Positions 40,494 through 54,100 of a stretch of DNA of 64,000 nucleotides are shown here, piece by piece. A program made the position numbers and the translations under genes. The stretch covers positions 118,296,001 to 118,360,000 of the forward strand of contig NC_042997.1 in the NCBI RefSeq assembly GCF_006345805.1, written 5' to 3'. Position 1 is the stretch's first letter. Each line of letters begins with the position of its first letter. The notes below the pieces were generated by a model. It was not told where the DNA came from. It worked only from the letters and a program-made list of their open reading frames with translations, and searched no databases. Source of the DNA: Octopus sinensis (lineage: Eukaryota).

Positions 40494-41804
40494 ACCTGCG
40501 AGAATGCGAGCACATATATCTGTAAGGCACTCAGTGACCAATAACAGAATGTTATAGTCGATTCTACTGTGTGTCTGACATCATATGCCCAGGTTGTGAA
40601 TGAAAGTGTAAAGGGGCCGTGGCCGTTTGCGTGGTGATTGCATTTTATTGGTTAATTTTCAATCATCAACCAATGAGCGATAGTTTGGCATGCAGCTGTC
40701 TTCGAGAATTTTGTCTTATTCATTTTCACCTTCTCTTCGTTGCATGGTATGTTGTTTTAGATTTTGCTAATTATTTTCTAAAACTTAATATTAATAGTTT
40801 TTTAAAACACCTTTCTTTATAGTACAGCTTATAATATACTACCTGCTCTCCAGTATATCTCCGTATAATAATAAACCAATACAACAATTATTATCGATTT
40901 TATCGTACATTTTTAATACTGTGACAGTCACATTATTTCAATTGGTCGGGTGTCATTTATTAGAGGCTGCCACACCATTAGGAGAAATACGGTGCATATA
41001 TAAAATATTACAAGCGTTGCCTTAAAAAGTACGAAACTAGAACTGAAAAATTCAAATGCTCAAAAGGTTTACAGAATGTCATAATAAGCCTTAAAAAGTA
41101 TGGGACTAGCATTGTTGCTCAAAAATACTGGAATCACTATATGTTGTACATTCTCTGGCATCCTTTTATCACAAGAAATTTGTTTAGTTCATCGAAATTA
41201 ACTTGTACTAAAAATTTAGTTACATTATTGTATATTCATTAAAAAAAAAACAATTTTGTACAAATACTAATGTCATCTTTACGCAATAACTGATAATTTT
41301 TATAAATTTACAAGTAATCCATCAAAAATAATTTAGTAATAATTTGTTCAATTCACACAACTTTTCCATTGATGTGTATCGTAATGCGAATTATCTTTGC
41401 TTATAATTATTTCGGTTTCGTACTTTCGATGTTATTTAGATTCGACTTCATCATAAATTCAGTTTTCTTTTTTTACTATTATCATGGTAATTTTCATGTA
41501 GTATGAAATGTTTTTTATATACTTTTCTATGAAGAATATTATAATGAATTTACTTTTTCGAAGCTAAAGATCATCTTTTGTAAATTTTCAAATTTTTATA
41601 TTAAGAACATGGTTTGACATCATTATTCACACATGAGTCTCTTTTCGTTTTAAGATGCCACAGAATGTTCAACATATAATGATTCCAATATTTCTGAACA
41701 ACAATGCCATACTTTTTGAGGTTTATTATGACATTCTGTAACCATTTTGTATGTGCGCATTTTTCAATTCTAGTATATATACGCATACGTTGAATCATTT
41801 ACTT

Positions 41805-42185
41805 GCCTCAGTCATTTGGAGGCCATCCTGGAGCAGTGCATTAAAGGGTTTAGTCGCTCAACTCGACTACAATACTTTGTAAATATGGTATCTATTCTAT
41901 CAGTCTCCTTTGTAGAATCGACAAATTACGGGACGTAAACAAACCAACAACTGTTGTAAAGCGGTGGTGGAAGCAAAGACAAGCACACACACACACACAC
42001 ACACACACACATCACACATACACACAAACGCATAAACGATGGGCTTCCATACAGTTTCCGTCTAAAAAATGCATTCACGAAGTACTGGTTGGCCCGGGGC
42101 TATAGTAAAAGCCATTTGCCCCAGATGCCCCGCAATGAAACAAAATGCAAACCCACGTGTTTGTAAAACAAGCATCTTAATGTTA
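41805..42185 (-). mobile_element. SINE family C, old and degenerate
   Basis: Recognisable CAGTCATTTG..GGCCAT, GGGACGTAAAC and GGCCCGGGGCTATAGTA segments. Confidence 0.7.
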
Positions 42186-42326
42186 CTGCCGTATGTATAT
42201 ATATATATATACATGTGCGTGTATGTATGCAATTATGTTTGTATGTAAGTTTGTAAGTACACACACACATATGTATAAATATGTTTTATATATATATACA
42301 TATATTTATCATATATATATATATAT

Positions 42327-42620
42327 CACTGTGATCGACGTGACCGTCCAGTATATCAGATGTTGCCACACATCGCTGGTCACAATGCGCTTCACATTGT
42401 TTTATGCCTTCAAATGATGCTACCCCGCTGGCTAAACGAGCAGGCCAACAGAAGAAAGAGTGAGAGAAGGTTGTGGCGAAAGAGTACACCAGGGATCTCC
42501 ACCACCCCCTGCCGGTGCCTCGTGGAGCTTTAGGTGTTTTCGCTCAATAAACACTAACAACGCCCGGTCATGGGAATCGAAACCGCGATCCTACAACCGC
42601 GTGTCCGCTGCCCTAACCAT
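42327..42620 (-). mobile_element. SINE with a family B-like head
   Basis: GGGAATCGAAACCGCGATCCTACAACCGCGTGTCCGCTGCCCTAACCA is the reverse complement of the B-type tRNA head. Confidence 0.8.
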
Positions 42621-42690
42621 ACACACACACCTCCATACACACACACACACACACACACACCCACACCACACACACCACACATATATATAT

Positions 42691-42738
<48 letters not shown>

Positions 42739-43169
42739 CTTAAATTATGTTGGTAATGCCAGTCATTTGGAGCAAAGTCTTCAGATATAATTATAGAGCA
42801 TTGAAACTGAAGCGAAAAGAAGACGTAAATGGCCGTTAACAGATTGAAAACATTCCACTCCTACACATTCCATGCTAACAGGAAGGAATCATGGAACCAA
42901 AATCTAAGTGACAAAAGCAACAGTAAAACCAAATTTACCAAAATCATTGACAAAACGGAAAAAGAGAGATTGATGGAACTTCAACATGAAAGTTCCTAAA
43001 TCCAAATCTCTATCGTTTCTCGCTGCGGTTCCTTAATGTCTACAGATTTTCACTAAACGTTATACAAAACAAACTTAGTGCACGGAGAGATGTCTCGATG
43101 CCTTTCAAAATAGTAAACATCCATTGATTCATATGTATGTATGAATATATATATAATGTGTGTGTGTGT

Positions 43170-43255
<86 letters not shown>

Positions 43256-43853
43256 TGTATAGTGGTACAAAAAGGAATCAATGTTTACTGGAAATAGCAG
43301 TCGATAAATTTGTGAAGCTATAGTAAAGCTTCACTGTGTATATACTGGCAAAGGCGTGTGTGGGCAGCGAGCATAACAAATTTCGTCTTACCTCGAGGAA
43401 GATCATTAGATAATCGGATAATCTTGTACCTAGGTTTGGCACTCTTCAAATACGTTTGTTAACGTAAATTAATCTTCTTCAGTTAGATCTACCTGGATAA
43501 TATTTCAATTGTTGATGCATGTATGCCAGTATACTCGCCTGAACACCTAGCCGTTAACCGAACCGAGAACAGGGAATAGAATTTTTTAATGGAAAATGAA
43601 ATATTGCAATACAAATGTATTACTTTCCAGTTAAATAAAGCACCGTAAAGGTAGAAGTAAGCACATAAATGTGAAACAACATGCAAAAACAGTACTCGAA
43701 TACCAGAGGTAGAGAAATATGCATTATGAATAAAGCTGCATAGACATAACAAAAACTGTCACACAGAGCTACACGTTCACGTTCGTCCGACGAATGGGAA
43801 CGTGAAGCTCTGAGTAACAGTCTTTGTGATGTCTTTGCAGCTTTATTAATAAA

Positions 43854-43901
<48 letters not shown>

Positions 43902-43911
43902 TATATATACA

Positions 43912-44120
43912 CTCTCTTTTAGTCTTTTACTTGTTCAGTCATTTGACTGCGGACATGATGGAGCACAGCCTTTAGTCGAGCAAATCGACCCCGGGACTTA
44001 TTCTTTGTAAGCCCAGTACGTATTCTATCGGTCTTTTTGCCGAACTGCTAAGTGTCGGGGACGTAAACGCACCAGCATCGGTTGTCAAGCAATGCTAGGG
44101 TGACAAACACATACACACAA

Positions 44121-44153
<33 letters not shown>

Positions 44154-44322
44154 CATATATACGACAGGCTTCTTTCAGTTTCCGTCTACCAAATCCACTC
44201 ACAAGGCATTGGTCGGCCCGGGGCTATAGCAGAAGACACTTGCCCAAGATGCCACGCAGTGGGACTGAACCCGGAACCATGTGGTTGGTTAGCAAGCTAC
44301 TTACCACACATACACTCCTGCG
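43912..44322 (-). mobile_element. SINE family C
   Basis: Same head, body and tail. Confidence 0.92.
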
Positions 44323-44364
<42 letters not shown>

Positions 44365-45142
44365 GAAGGTTTGAAAATGCAATTTTAAAAGGTGTTTATT
44401 CATTTGACCGGTTTCACTTTTTTAGAAAAAGATTGTTAAAAGTAAAATGTAAAAGCTTTGTTAGAATTTGTTGTGTTAAGAAGGTTGTCACAAATTATTA
44501 CAATACATATATACATTCTTGGATAATAATAATAAGAATGTTAAAACAGTTTACAAGGAAAAATGTTGAGAAAATATTAAAAAGTTCATTGAAAATATTA
44601 AGATTTCATTAAAAATCATGTTTGTTTGTAGGTATCTATATATACACACAGAAAATTATAAGTTCAAAAAGGTCATATTTTGTTGGTATATAAGGAGGAG
44701 CAATGTGGAATTGAAAGGAAAGTTTTGTTGTTTCTCTTTAGTCTTTCACGGTTCAGTGATTTTTGGGACTGGTCTGAGAGGTCAGAATGGTGTGATTGTG
44801 TGTGTATATGTGTTTGTTCGCGTGTGTGTATGTGTGCGTCTGTATGTGCGCGCGTGTATGTTTGTGTGTTTGTGTGTTTTTTTGTGTTGGTGGGCATGTT
44901 ATGTGCACGTATGCGAGTGTGTGTGTTGTGTCTGAGTATGTTTGTGTTTTAATTGTCCTTGTGGTGTTTGTGTCTGTGTGCATGTGAGCAAACGTATGTG
45001 TGTGAGGGTGCATATGTATGTGTGTGTAAGTGTGTTGTATTTATTAGGGATTCTGTGTGTCCATGTGTGTTGAGTTTATCTGGGTGTTGTGTGCATATGC
45101 GTTTTGTGTGTGTTTTGGTATTGAATATGCGTTTGTGAGTGT

Positions 45143-45362
45143 GTGTATATATGTGAGTATGGCCTATGGTCACACACACTCGACCAACTTATTGACTTCA
45201 TAAACCTTATCAACAGTGTCAACAGCTATATCCAATTTACAATGGAATATAGTCAAGACCAACTTACTTTTCTTGACATTCTTATTATTAAAAAGGGCAC
45301 CAGCATTGAAACTGACATCGACTACAAACCCACAGTTTCCAAAAATTACCTTCTGTATAATA
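45143..45362 (+). pseudogene. Penelope-like reverse transcriptase fragment (C-terminal RT/thumb region)
   Basis: LWSHTLDQLIDFINLINSVNSYIQFTMEYSQDQLTFLDILI...IETDIDYKPTVSKNYLLY resembles the PLE IxFTxE...LxFLD...YxKPT motif. Confidence 0.85.
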
Positions 45363-45959
45363 ATAATAATAGTCATGTATTACCATTCACGTCAGTGCAA
45401 AAAATTAAAGTAAAACATCAGAGAAGGTATTAACAAAAGAAAATTAGAAGGAAAAGCAAAGAGGCTGTCGGAGAAGCCGACGGATATTTGTAAATAAATT
45501 ATAAAATGGGGAAAAAGGAAGAGTTACAGGAACATGTTAATGTAGATTCGAGTAAGTCTGTGTAATAAACTATAACCGTTTTGACCAACGGATATTTAAA
45601 AATATATAGATACATAGATTCCAGCATGTATATGTCTACGTCTCTGTCATTTAATGGCTCGGTATCTGAGCCGGATAGAATAGGTACCAGACTTTTAAAC
45701 ATTTGTTGGGTTCATTCGTACGGCTCCAGCATGACTACAGTAATTTCCATTCTTATATCAAAAAGGAAAGCGATACTTTCCCCGTGCCAAACGTTACTTC
45801 ATCAAGCGTTGCTGTTTTTCGGAATATACTAACATCTTTTGTATATTAATCATTAGAGACAATCTAACAATCTCTATTCAAAAACGCTTGTATGTCATTC
45901 GATCTGGAGAAATCACTAATGATGTGAGGAACATATTTCACATACGCTGTTTCTTACAC

Positions 45960-46254
45960 GTATGTATGTATGTATGTATGTATGTATGTATGTATGTATG
46001 TATGTATGTATGTATGTATGTATGTATGTATGTATGTATGTATGTATGTGTGTGTGTATGTATGTATGTATGTATGTATGTATGTATGTATGTGTGTATG
46101 TATATGTATACAAACACATATACCTATATATAAATGTGTGCATCTGTGTGTGCGAATTTGTGCGTGCGTCTATGTGATTCTATGTATTTATACATGTATC
46201 TATGTTTGCATGCATATGCTTATAGATGTATGTATATACATATATGTATTTACG

Positions 46255-46288
<34 letters not shown>

Positions 46289-46315
46289 AGTGTGTGTGTG
46301 TGTGTATGCATGTAT
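45960..46315. repeat. (TATG)n/(TG)n microsatellite
   Basis: Directly visible. Confidence 0.95.
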
Positions 46316-46942
46316 CTTAATAAATGTGCTCATTTAGCGCTATTCTGAGTTTTGCAGCTCGTTTCTGCACGGCCGTTATAATTACATCATATTACAATAC
46401 GAATCACATAAACAATATTGTAAATTCTATAAAGTAAAACCATGTCGCTCTATTGCACTAATTGATGTTCAGTACGTAATGATATACTTAGTTTTATCGG
46501 ATTTTTGCTTTGTCTATCGTATGTTCTAAGAAAATTATCGGTTATATTACTAAAAGTGCAGATCGTCTGCTTGATTGCATGCTATTCTAGCAACATTATT
46601 ATGTCTCCGAGTTCATTGTGTTGAGTATAATTTTGAAAAACATGACAGCAGATCTGTTTGTTTTATGGTAGAACGTGACTGGTGGACAATAGCTTTGTCC
46701 ATTACAGGTTTCCGACGGTCACTTCCTCTGAATATCTCACGGAGCAAATGTGAAGCAAGCATGTATTCTGAAGCGGAATAAACATGACAAAAGCTTTCAT
46801 TCGTAACACAATGGTTTGTTGGTTTTTCTCGCCCGTGTTGATATATTTCGACGATGTACGTTGGCGGAGGTTATACACAAACTAACATGCTTACGCAGGC
46901 GCAGCTCTGGCAATGTTAAACGAAGCTTGCTTCCTAATCATT

Positions 46943-47335
46943 AGGATGAGACCCGCGATGGTTAAAATTCACAAGCTATAAAGATGTGGTTGCTATGGCA
47001 AAAAGAGTGATTTTTTTGTCGATTCAAGGGGACTTTTCGAAATATGATGACGGAGCAATAACAATAAAATGCTTAATACTTAATCTATATCTATATAAAA
47101 CAGTCCTTGGGCGAAAATTGTATGCACATTTTGTTTTGACGGTTAATGGCGGCCAAACCGAGGTTAGGATCGAGCTGAGAATTGGTAGGGATACTAAATG
47201 CGTGGTGAGGATGAGACCCGCGATGGTTAAAATTCGCCAGCTATATAGATATGGTTGCTATGGCACAAAGAGTGATTTTTTATCGATTCAAGGGGGCCCA
47301 GCGGCATGCACTGCAGGCTGTTATGCTTAATAAAC
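46943..47335 (+). mobile_element. Tandem non-autonomous Helitron-like copies
   Basis: An 89-bp direct repeat (46943-47031, 47208-47296), an ATCTATATCTATATAAAA start near 47082, and a GC-rich subterminal segment near 47292-47318. Confidence 0.4.
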
Positions 47336-48290
47336 ATACATTTTGTCACGAAATTCCGGCTACTAGGAAACGATTTTTCATTGTGAAAAAACGAGTGCTT
47401 TTTGCCCTCATTTTCTTTTTAATCCTTTTATAAAAGTGAAAGGATTTCGTCTATTTATTTCTGCTGTCCAATTATGACGGTGATTCAGTTAACTAGGAAA
47501 TCTATACGTGATGAATATCCAATACCAAACTATCTTAATCTACATATTGAAACTGCATTAAACTTTGGTTAAGCTTACCATTACCTCTCTTCTGATTGGT
47601 AATACCTTTTTTCTTTTTAACTTTGATACCGTTGTTTCACTTTAAGGATGCTTCTTTACCCAGCCATTATGATATTTCGACTGCTGTCCATTGTTTCAAA
47701 TAGGTTTTAGCATTGTCATTCGAACCTTTTTTAAACACTCACATATGATTCGTCCCAAAGAATCAACCTTTAAATAAGAGTTTTGTTTCCACTATCGAAA
47801 GCTATACGTATCTTTCAGGAAGCTCCATTCCAATTTAACTTTATGCAGCATTCGCTGTTAGTTTATGTGCACGCTATGTGGGAAGATAGAATAAAGGGTC
47901 TTTTGTTAGCTTTTCTCTCCGAAAAAAATAGCTCCCTTTGCTGTTGAAAAAAATAAACTCGCAGACGGGAAGTTTCACCATTTATGTGGCTGTTTCTGAC
48001 AAGAAATTTCGCTTTCATGTAAAACAACTATATTTTGTAGTCATTATCCGTAATCTACTCACAAACCACTTCAGTCTCTACTTTACATTGCTTGCAAAAT
48101 TATATGTTCTATGATAATCAAAGTGCAACGACCTCCACAATAACCAGCCTTCAATTTGATTTTCCGTTCCTAGGTTAATCGGAAACAGATTGGCATGCTA
48201 CACCTAAACCTTCTCGGTAGTTCATATATTTGGTGAAAAAAATACCACGAAAGCAACTTAAACCGTCCAATGGACGGGTGCGATTGCTAG

Positions 48291-48347
<57 letters not shown>

Positions 48348-48659
48348 CAGAGATAACGAAGTAATGGCACAAAAGCTGTGTTTACATAATAATTACAATT
48401 AAGATTAGTTGAAATATGTTTGTCACATATTTCAAATGTTAAAGGCAAATATACTGAAGTTACCGTGGAGAAAAAAGTATCTCTTATGGGAAAAGGCGTG
48501 GACTGGGTGCTTCCACAAGATTTCCCATAAGAGAGACATTTTTCTCCACGGAAACTGCAGTGTATTTGCCTTTAGCATTTCAAATATGTGACAAACATAT
48601 TTCAACTAACCTAAAGTATATATATATATATTAATGTATATATGTATAATATATATATA

Positions 48660-48930
48660 TATTAGAGGGAAACCACTATGTGGACACCCATATACTAGAA
48701 ACAGATCCGCTACGGTCCCACCGCCAAGAAATGTTCTCAAGAAAAATTTAGCAAAACAACCAAAACGTAATCGAGCAAGACAAAAGAAAAAGTAATAAAA
48801 ATATGGATTATTTGTATACATGTTTCACTATCAACAAATTATGCAATCTTACTTACGTAATTGTCCGTAGATCATCGGTACGACCGTCCAAGGTGAATAT
48901 AATTTGTAGGACTGCATACTAGGATGTCCA
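48660..48930 (-). mobile_element. Hammerhead-bearing repeat (Penelope pLTR-like), same family as the arms at 34641-35533
   Basis: The roughly 150 nt downstream of the hammerhead align with 35372-35530 (e.g. TGAGAACA(A/T)TTCTT, GGATCT..TCTAG), and the element ends at (TA)n. Confidence 0.6.
48812..48883 (-). ncRNA. Diverged hammerhead motif homologous to 35296-35371 (core CCGATGA)
   Basis: Minus strand TCGTA-CCGATGA-[45 nt]-GAAAC-AT-GTA-TACAA. Stem II aligns without gaps to the 35309-35353 stem II with compensatory changes. Confidence 0.65.
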
Positions 48931-49012
48931 CAAAAAGTATATATGTGTGTATATATATATTATATATTATATATATATATATGTGTGTGTGTGTGCGTAT
49001 GTGTGTGTGTGT

Positions 49013-49049
<37 letters not shown>

Positions 49050-49069
49050 TTTTGAATTTAGTTCATAGA

Positions 49070-49128
49070 ACTCCAGTACTACTTTTCAGTCCACTAGGTA
49101 TCCGTGGATCCTAGGTTGGGAAACACTG
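49070..49128. mobile_element. hAT-type terminal remnant
   Basis: GGTTGGGAAACACTG is the reverse complement of CAGTGTTTCCCAACC, a hAT-like terminus. Confidence 0.4.
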
Positions 49129-49330
49129 CTTTAAATTAACAGCTATAATTGTGTATGGAACTAAATGTCTCAGCACTCCATTAAAAGAAGTGAAAAATAC
49201 GTAAAATATTCCGAAATTGTGAAGTGGAATAAACGCATTTAGAGACGTGCTGATGTACAAATAATGTATCCAAGTGTATGCGTATAAAACAGACAAAGCT
49301 AGCTATGAAATTAAAAAAAATAATAAATGC

Positions 49331-49554
49331 GCCATTTTTGAAAGCCTAGCCAGGCTCATGGGCCCGGTTTCCCGGTTTCTATGGGACGCCAGTCCATCGC
49401 AGCGTTACTCTATTTTGCCAGCTGAGTGGACTGGAGCAACGTGAAATGAAGTGTTTTGCTCAAGAACACAACACGTCGCCCTGTCCAGGAATCGAAACTA
49501 CTATCTTACGATCGTGGTGCTGACACCCTAACCACTAATCTACGCGCCTCCACA
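49331..49554 (-). mobile_element. SINE family A
   Basis: Reverse complement of the 1083-1333 sequence. Confidence 0.9.
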
Positions 49555-49976
49555 GATATGAAATAATAGTCATGCTTAAAGTCACAAAAAACGAATTAAG
49601 ACATAAATTTATTAATTATTTTTATTTACTTGTGTTTGTTTAAACCAGAAGCTGTGGTCATGCTGGGGGCACCCTTATGATTACGTTACTTAATTACAGG
49701 TCCCTTTCTGTGTTTGTCATAGTTATCTAAAGTCATGGCTTGTTGCCAACTTAATGTGGCACTCCCAGTTTTCAAAACTTAAGGACACAGAACGATTGTG
49801 TCACCTAGCCACTAGAAACGGGGTTTCTTGGGGTTAAATAGCTGTAGCATTCTTCCCAATCTTGGGACTGCCACATTAAGTTGGCAACAAACCATCACTT
49901 TATCCCTCTGCTACTGTAAAAGTCTCCCTGAGAGATTTAGAAATGACAATATTTCTAATTATATATATATATATCT

Positions 49977-50296
49977 TCTCTTTTACTCTTTTACTTGTTT
50001 CAGTCAGTTGACTGCGGCCATGCTGGAGCACCGCCTTTAGTCGAGCAACTCGACCCCGGGACTTATTCTTTGTAAGCCCAGTACTTATTCTATCGGTCTC
50101 TTTTTGCCGAACCGCTAAGTGACGGGGACGTAATCACACCAGCATCAGTTGTCAAGCAATGCTAGAGGGACAAACACACACACAAACACACACAGATGCA
50201 CACACACACACACATATATATATAATATACATATATACGACAGGCTTCTTTCAGTTTCCGTCTACCAAATCCACTCACAAGGCATTGGTCGGCCCG
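49977..50296 (-). mobile_element. SINE family C, 5'-truncated at (TA)n
   Basis: Body present; the head is lost at the microsatellite. Confidence 0.88.
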
Positions 50297-50315
50297 ATAT
50301 ATAATATATATTATA

Positions 50316-50376
<61 letters not shown>

Positions 50377-50382
<6 letters not shown>

Positions 50383-50510
50383 TTCTTTATTGCCCACAGG
50401 GGGATCAACATAGAAGGCACAAACAAGGACAGACAAAGGGAGTAAGTAGATCGCTTCGACTCCAGTACGTAACTGATACTTATTTAATCGACCCCGAAAG
50501 GATGAAAAGC
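50377..50510 (-). mobile_element. SINE family D 3' fragment
   Basis: TTATTTAATCGACCCCGAAAGGATGAAA core. Confidence 0.8.
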
Positions 50511-50579
50511 AATATATGTACATATATATATATTTACATATATGTACATCAATGCTATGCGTGTGCGTATGTGGGCTTG

Positions 50580-50985
50580 CGTACACACGCCCGCGCACAC
50601 ACGCACAAACACAGCCCCACACATACACACGTATAAAAACACTCCCCCATACACAAACACTCACACATACTCACGCACACTTACACACACAAGCACACAC
50701 ACACTCACACACACAAACTCACACAAATACACACACACGCATACAAACACAAACACTCACTCACACAAACGCACGCACACAAACGCACTCACCCACACAC
50801 ACAAACACGCACTCACTTTCACACACACAAACACACGCACACATTCACATACACACAAACACACACACACGCACACATACACACACTCACGTACGCACAG
50901 ACACATACACACGCATACACGCACATACATACACATGCACAATTACACACACACACATGCACAAACTGCCACTGCCACACACATG
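50580..50985. repeat. Degenerate (CA)n-rich tract upstream of the 400-bp array
   Basis: Directly visible. Confidence 0.9.
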
Positions 50986-51147
50986 CGCGATGAAAAAAAA
51001 AAGTGCGTGTGTTTGTATAGATATAGCGATGGTTCCGCATGTAAAATAACCATTCTACGATATTAGTCCGAGGTTTGAAACTTGTGTGCTGTTTCTGAGT
51101 GTTATCTTGTTAATTATTCAGTAATGCGAGAAGATATATTGGCATGC

Positions 51148-54100
51148 CGTTCGGAGTCTGCGCAGTGATATGATTAGTTAGGAAGAGTAACTCATTACGC
51201 ACATGCTTCTAGTGAGTTAGGATCCCAGAAAAACAGGGTCTCACTGATGAATTCTCCCTGGGCAAATAAATATCTTGTTTGCTGAATTAGAAAGAAACTG
51301 CAGTCTGAGAATTTTCCGGTTTAGTAAATGTTTTTATCTTCATTTCACTTAATTATCAAGCTTCTGTATTCCTAGCACATATTTCGCCTTAATGTACTGA
51401 TATATGAAAAATATATGGCTTGTGTTAGTAATACCAGCGATTATAATTATTTTTTTATTCTATCGCAATTTGATTTGTTTACATATTTCTCGATAAATTA
51501 TGAGCGCCAGGCGATATACCAGAATTCCCTAGTGTTGTCGGGACGTTCGGAGTCTGCGCAGTGATATGATTAGTTAGGAAGAGTAACTCATTAGACGCAC
51601 ATGCTTCTAGTGAGTTAGGATCCCAGAAAAACAGGGTCTCACTGATGATTCTCCCTGGGCAAATAAATTATCTTGTTTGCTGAATTAGAAAGAAACTGCA
51701 GTCTGAGAATTTTCCGGTTTAGTAAATGTTTTTATCTTCATTTCACTTAATTTATCAAGCTTCTGTATTCCTAGCACATATTTCGCCTTAATGTACTGAT
51801 ATATGAAAAATATATGGCTTGTGTTAGTAATACCAGCGATTATAATTATTTTTTTATTCTATCGCAATTTGATTTGTTTACATATTTCTCGATAAATTAT
51901 GAGCGCCAGGCGATATACCAGAATTCCCTAGTGTTGTCGGGACGTTCGGAGTCTGCGCAGTGATATGATTAGTTAGGAAGAGTAACTCATTAGACGCACA
52001 TGCTTCTAGTGAGTTAGGATCCCAGAAAAACAGGGTCTCACTGATGAATTCTCCCTGGGCAAATAAATTATCTTGTTTGCTGAATTAGAAAGAAACTGCA
52101 GTCTGAGAATTTTCCGGTTTAGTAAATGTTTTTATCTTCATTTCACTTAATTTATCAAGCTTCTGTATTCCTAGCACATATTTCGCCTTAATGTACTGAT
52201 ATATGAAAAATATATGGCTTGTGTTAGTAATACCAGCGATTATAATTATTTTTTTATTCTATCGCAATTTGATTTGTTTACATATTTCTCGATAAATTAT
52301 GAGCGCCAGGCGATATACCAGAATTCCCTAGTGTTGTCGGGACGTTCGGAGTCTGCGCAGTGATATGATTAGTTAGGAAGAGTAACTCATTAGACGCACA
52401 TGCTTCTAGTGAGTTAGGATCCCAGAAAAACAGGGTCTCACTGATGAATTCTCCCTGGGCAAATAAATTATCTTGTTTGCTGAATTAGAAAGAAACTGCA
52501 GTCTGAGAATTTTCCGGTTTAGTAAATGTTTTTATCTTCATTTCACTTAATTTATCAAGCTTCTGTATTCCTAGCACATATTTCGCCTTAATGTACTGAT
52601 ATATGAAAAATATATGGCTTGTGTTAGTAATACCAGCGATTATAATTATTTTTTTATTCTATCGCAATTTGATTTGTTTACATATTTCTCGATAAATTAT
52701 GAGCGCCAGGCGATATACCAGAATTCCCTAGTGTTGTCGGGACGTTCGGAGTCTGCGCAGTGATATGATTAGTTAGGAAGAGTAACTCATTAGACGCACA
52801 TGCTTCTAGTGAGTTAGGATCCCAGAAAAACAGGGTCTCACTGATGAATTCTCCCTGGGCAAATAAATTATCTTGTTTGCTGAATTAGAAAGAAACTGCA
52901 GTCTGAGAATTTTCCGGTTTAGTAAATGTTTTTATCTTCATTTCACTTAATTTATCAAGCTTCTGTATTCCTAGCACATATTTCGCCTTAATGTACTGAT
53001 ATATGAAAAATATATGGCTTGTGTTAGTAATACCAGCGATTATAATTATTTTTTTATTCTATCGCAATTTGATTTGTTTACATATTTCTCGATAAATTAT
53101 GAGCGCCAGGCGATATACCAGAATTCCCTAGTGTTGTCGGGACGTTCGGAGTCTGCGCAGTGATATGATTAGTTAGGAAGAGTAACTCATTAGAGCACAT
53201 GCTTCTAGTGAGTTAGGATCCCAGAAAAACAGGGTCTCACTGATGAATTCTCCCTGGGCAAATAAATTATCTTGTTTGCTGAATTAGAAAGAAACTGCAG
53301 TCTGAGAATTTTCCGGTTTAGTAAATGTTTTTATCTTCATTTCACTTAATTTATCAAGCTTCTGTATTCCTAGCACATATTTCGCCTTAATGTACTGATA
53401 TATGAAAAATATATGGCTTGTGTTAGTAATACCAGCGATTATAATTATTTTTTTATTCTATCGCAATTTGATTTGTTTACATATTTCTCGATAAATTATG
53501 AGCGCCAGGCGATATACCAGAATTCCCTAGTGTTGTCGGGACGTTCGGAGTCTGCGCAGTGATATGATTAGTTAGGAAGAGTAACTCATTAGACGCACAT
53601 GCTTCTAGTGAGTTAGGATCCCAGAAAAACAGGGTCTCACTGATGAATTCTCCCTGGGCAAATAAATTATCTTGTTTGCTGAATTAGAAAGAAACTGCAG
53701 TCTGAGAATTTTCCGGTTTAGTAAATGTTTTTATCTTCATTTCACTTAATTTATCAAGCTTCTGTATTCCTAGCACATATTTCGCCTTAATGTACTGATA
53801 TATGAAAAATATATGGCTTGTGTTAGTAATACCAGCGATTATAATTATTTTTTTATTCTATCGCAATTTGATTTGTTTACATATTTCTCGATAAATTATG
53901 AGCGCCAGGCGATATATACCAGAATTCCCTAGTGTTGTCGGGACGTTCGGAGTCTGCGCATGATATGATTAGTTAGGAAGAGTAACTCATTAGACGCACA
54001 TGCTTCTAGTGAGTTAGGATCCGAAAAACAGGTCTCACTGATGAATTCTCCCTGGGCAAATAAATTATCTTGTTTGCTGAATTAGAAAGAAACTGCAGTC

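Noticed and set aside
41010-41110. GCCTTAAAAAGTA direct repeat resembling a mariner end
   Set aside because: No partner TIR or transposase remnant was found.
43375-43420. Minus-strand CTAATGA-TCTT..AAGA-CGAAA
   Set aside because: G5 is mutated and there is no stem I or III pairing.
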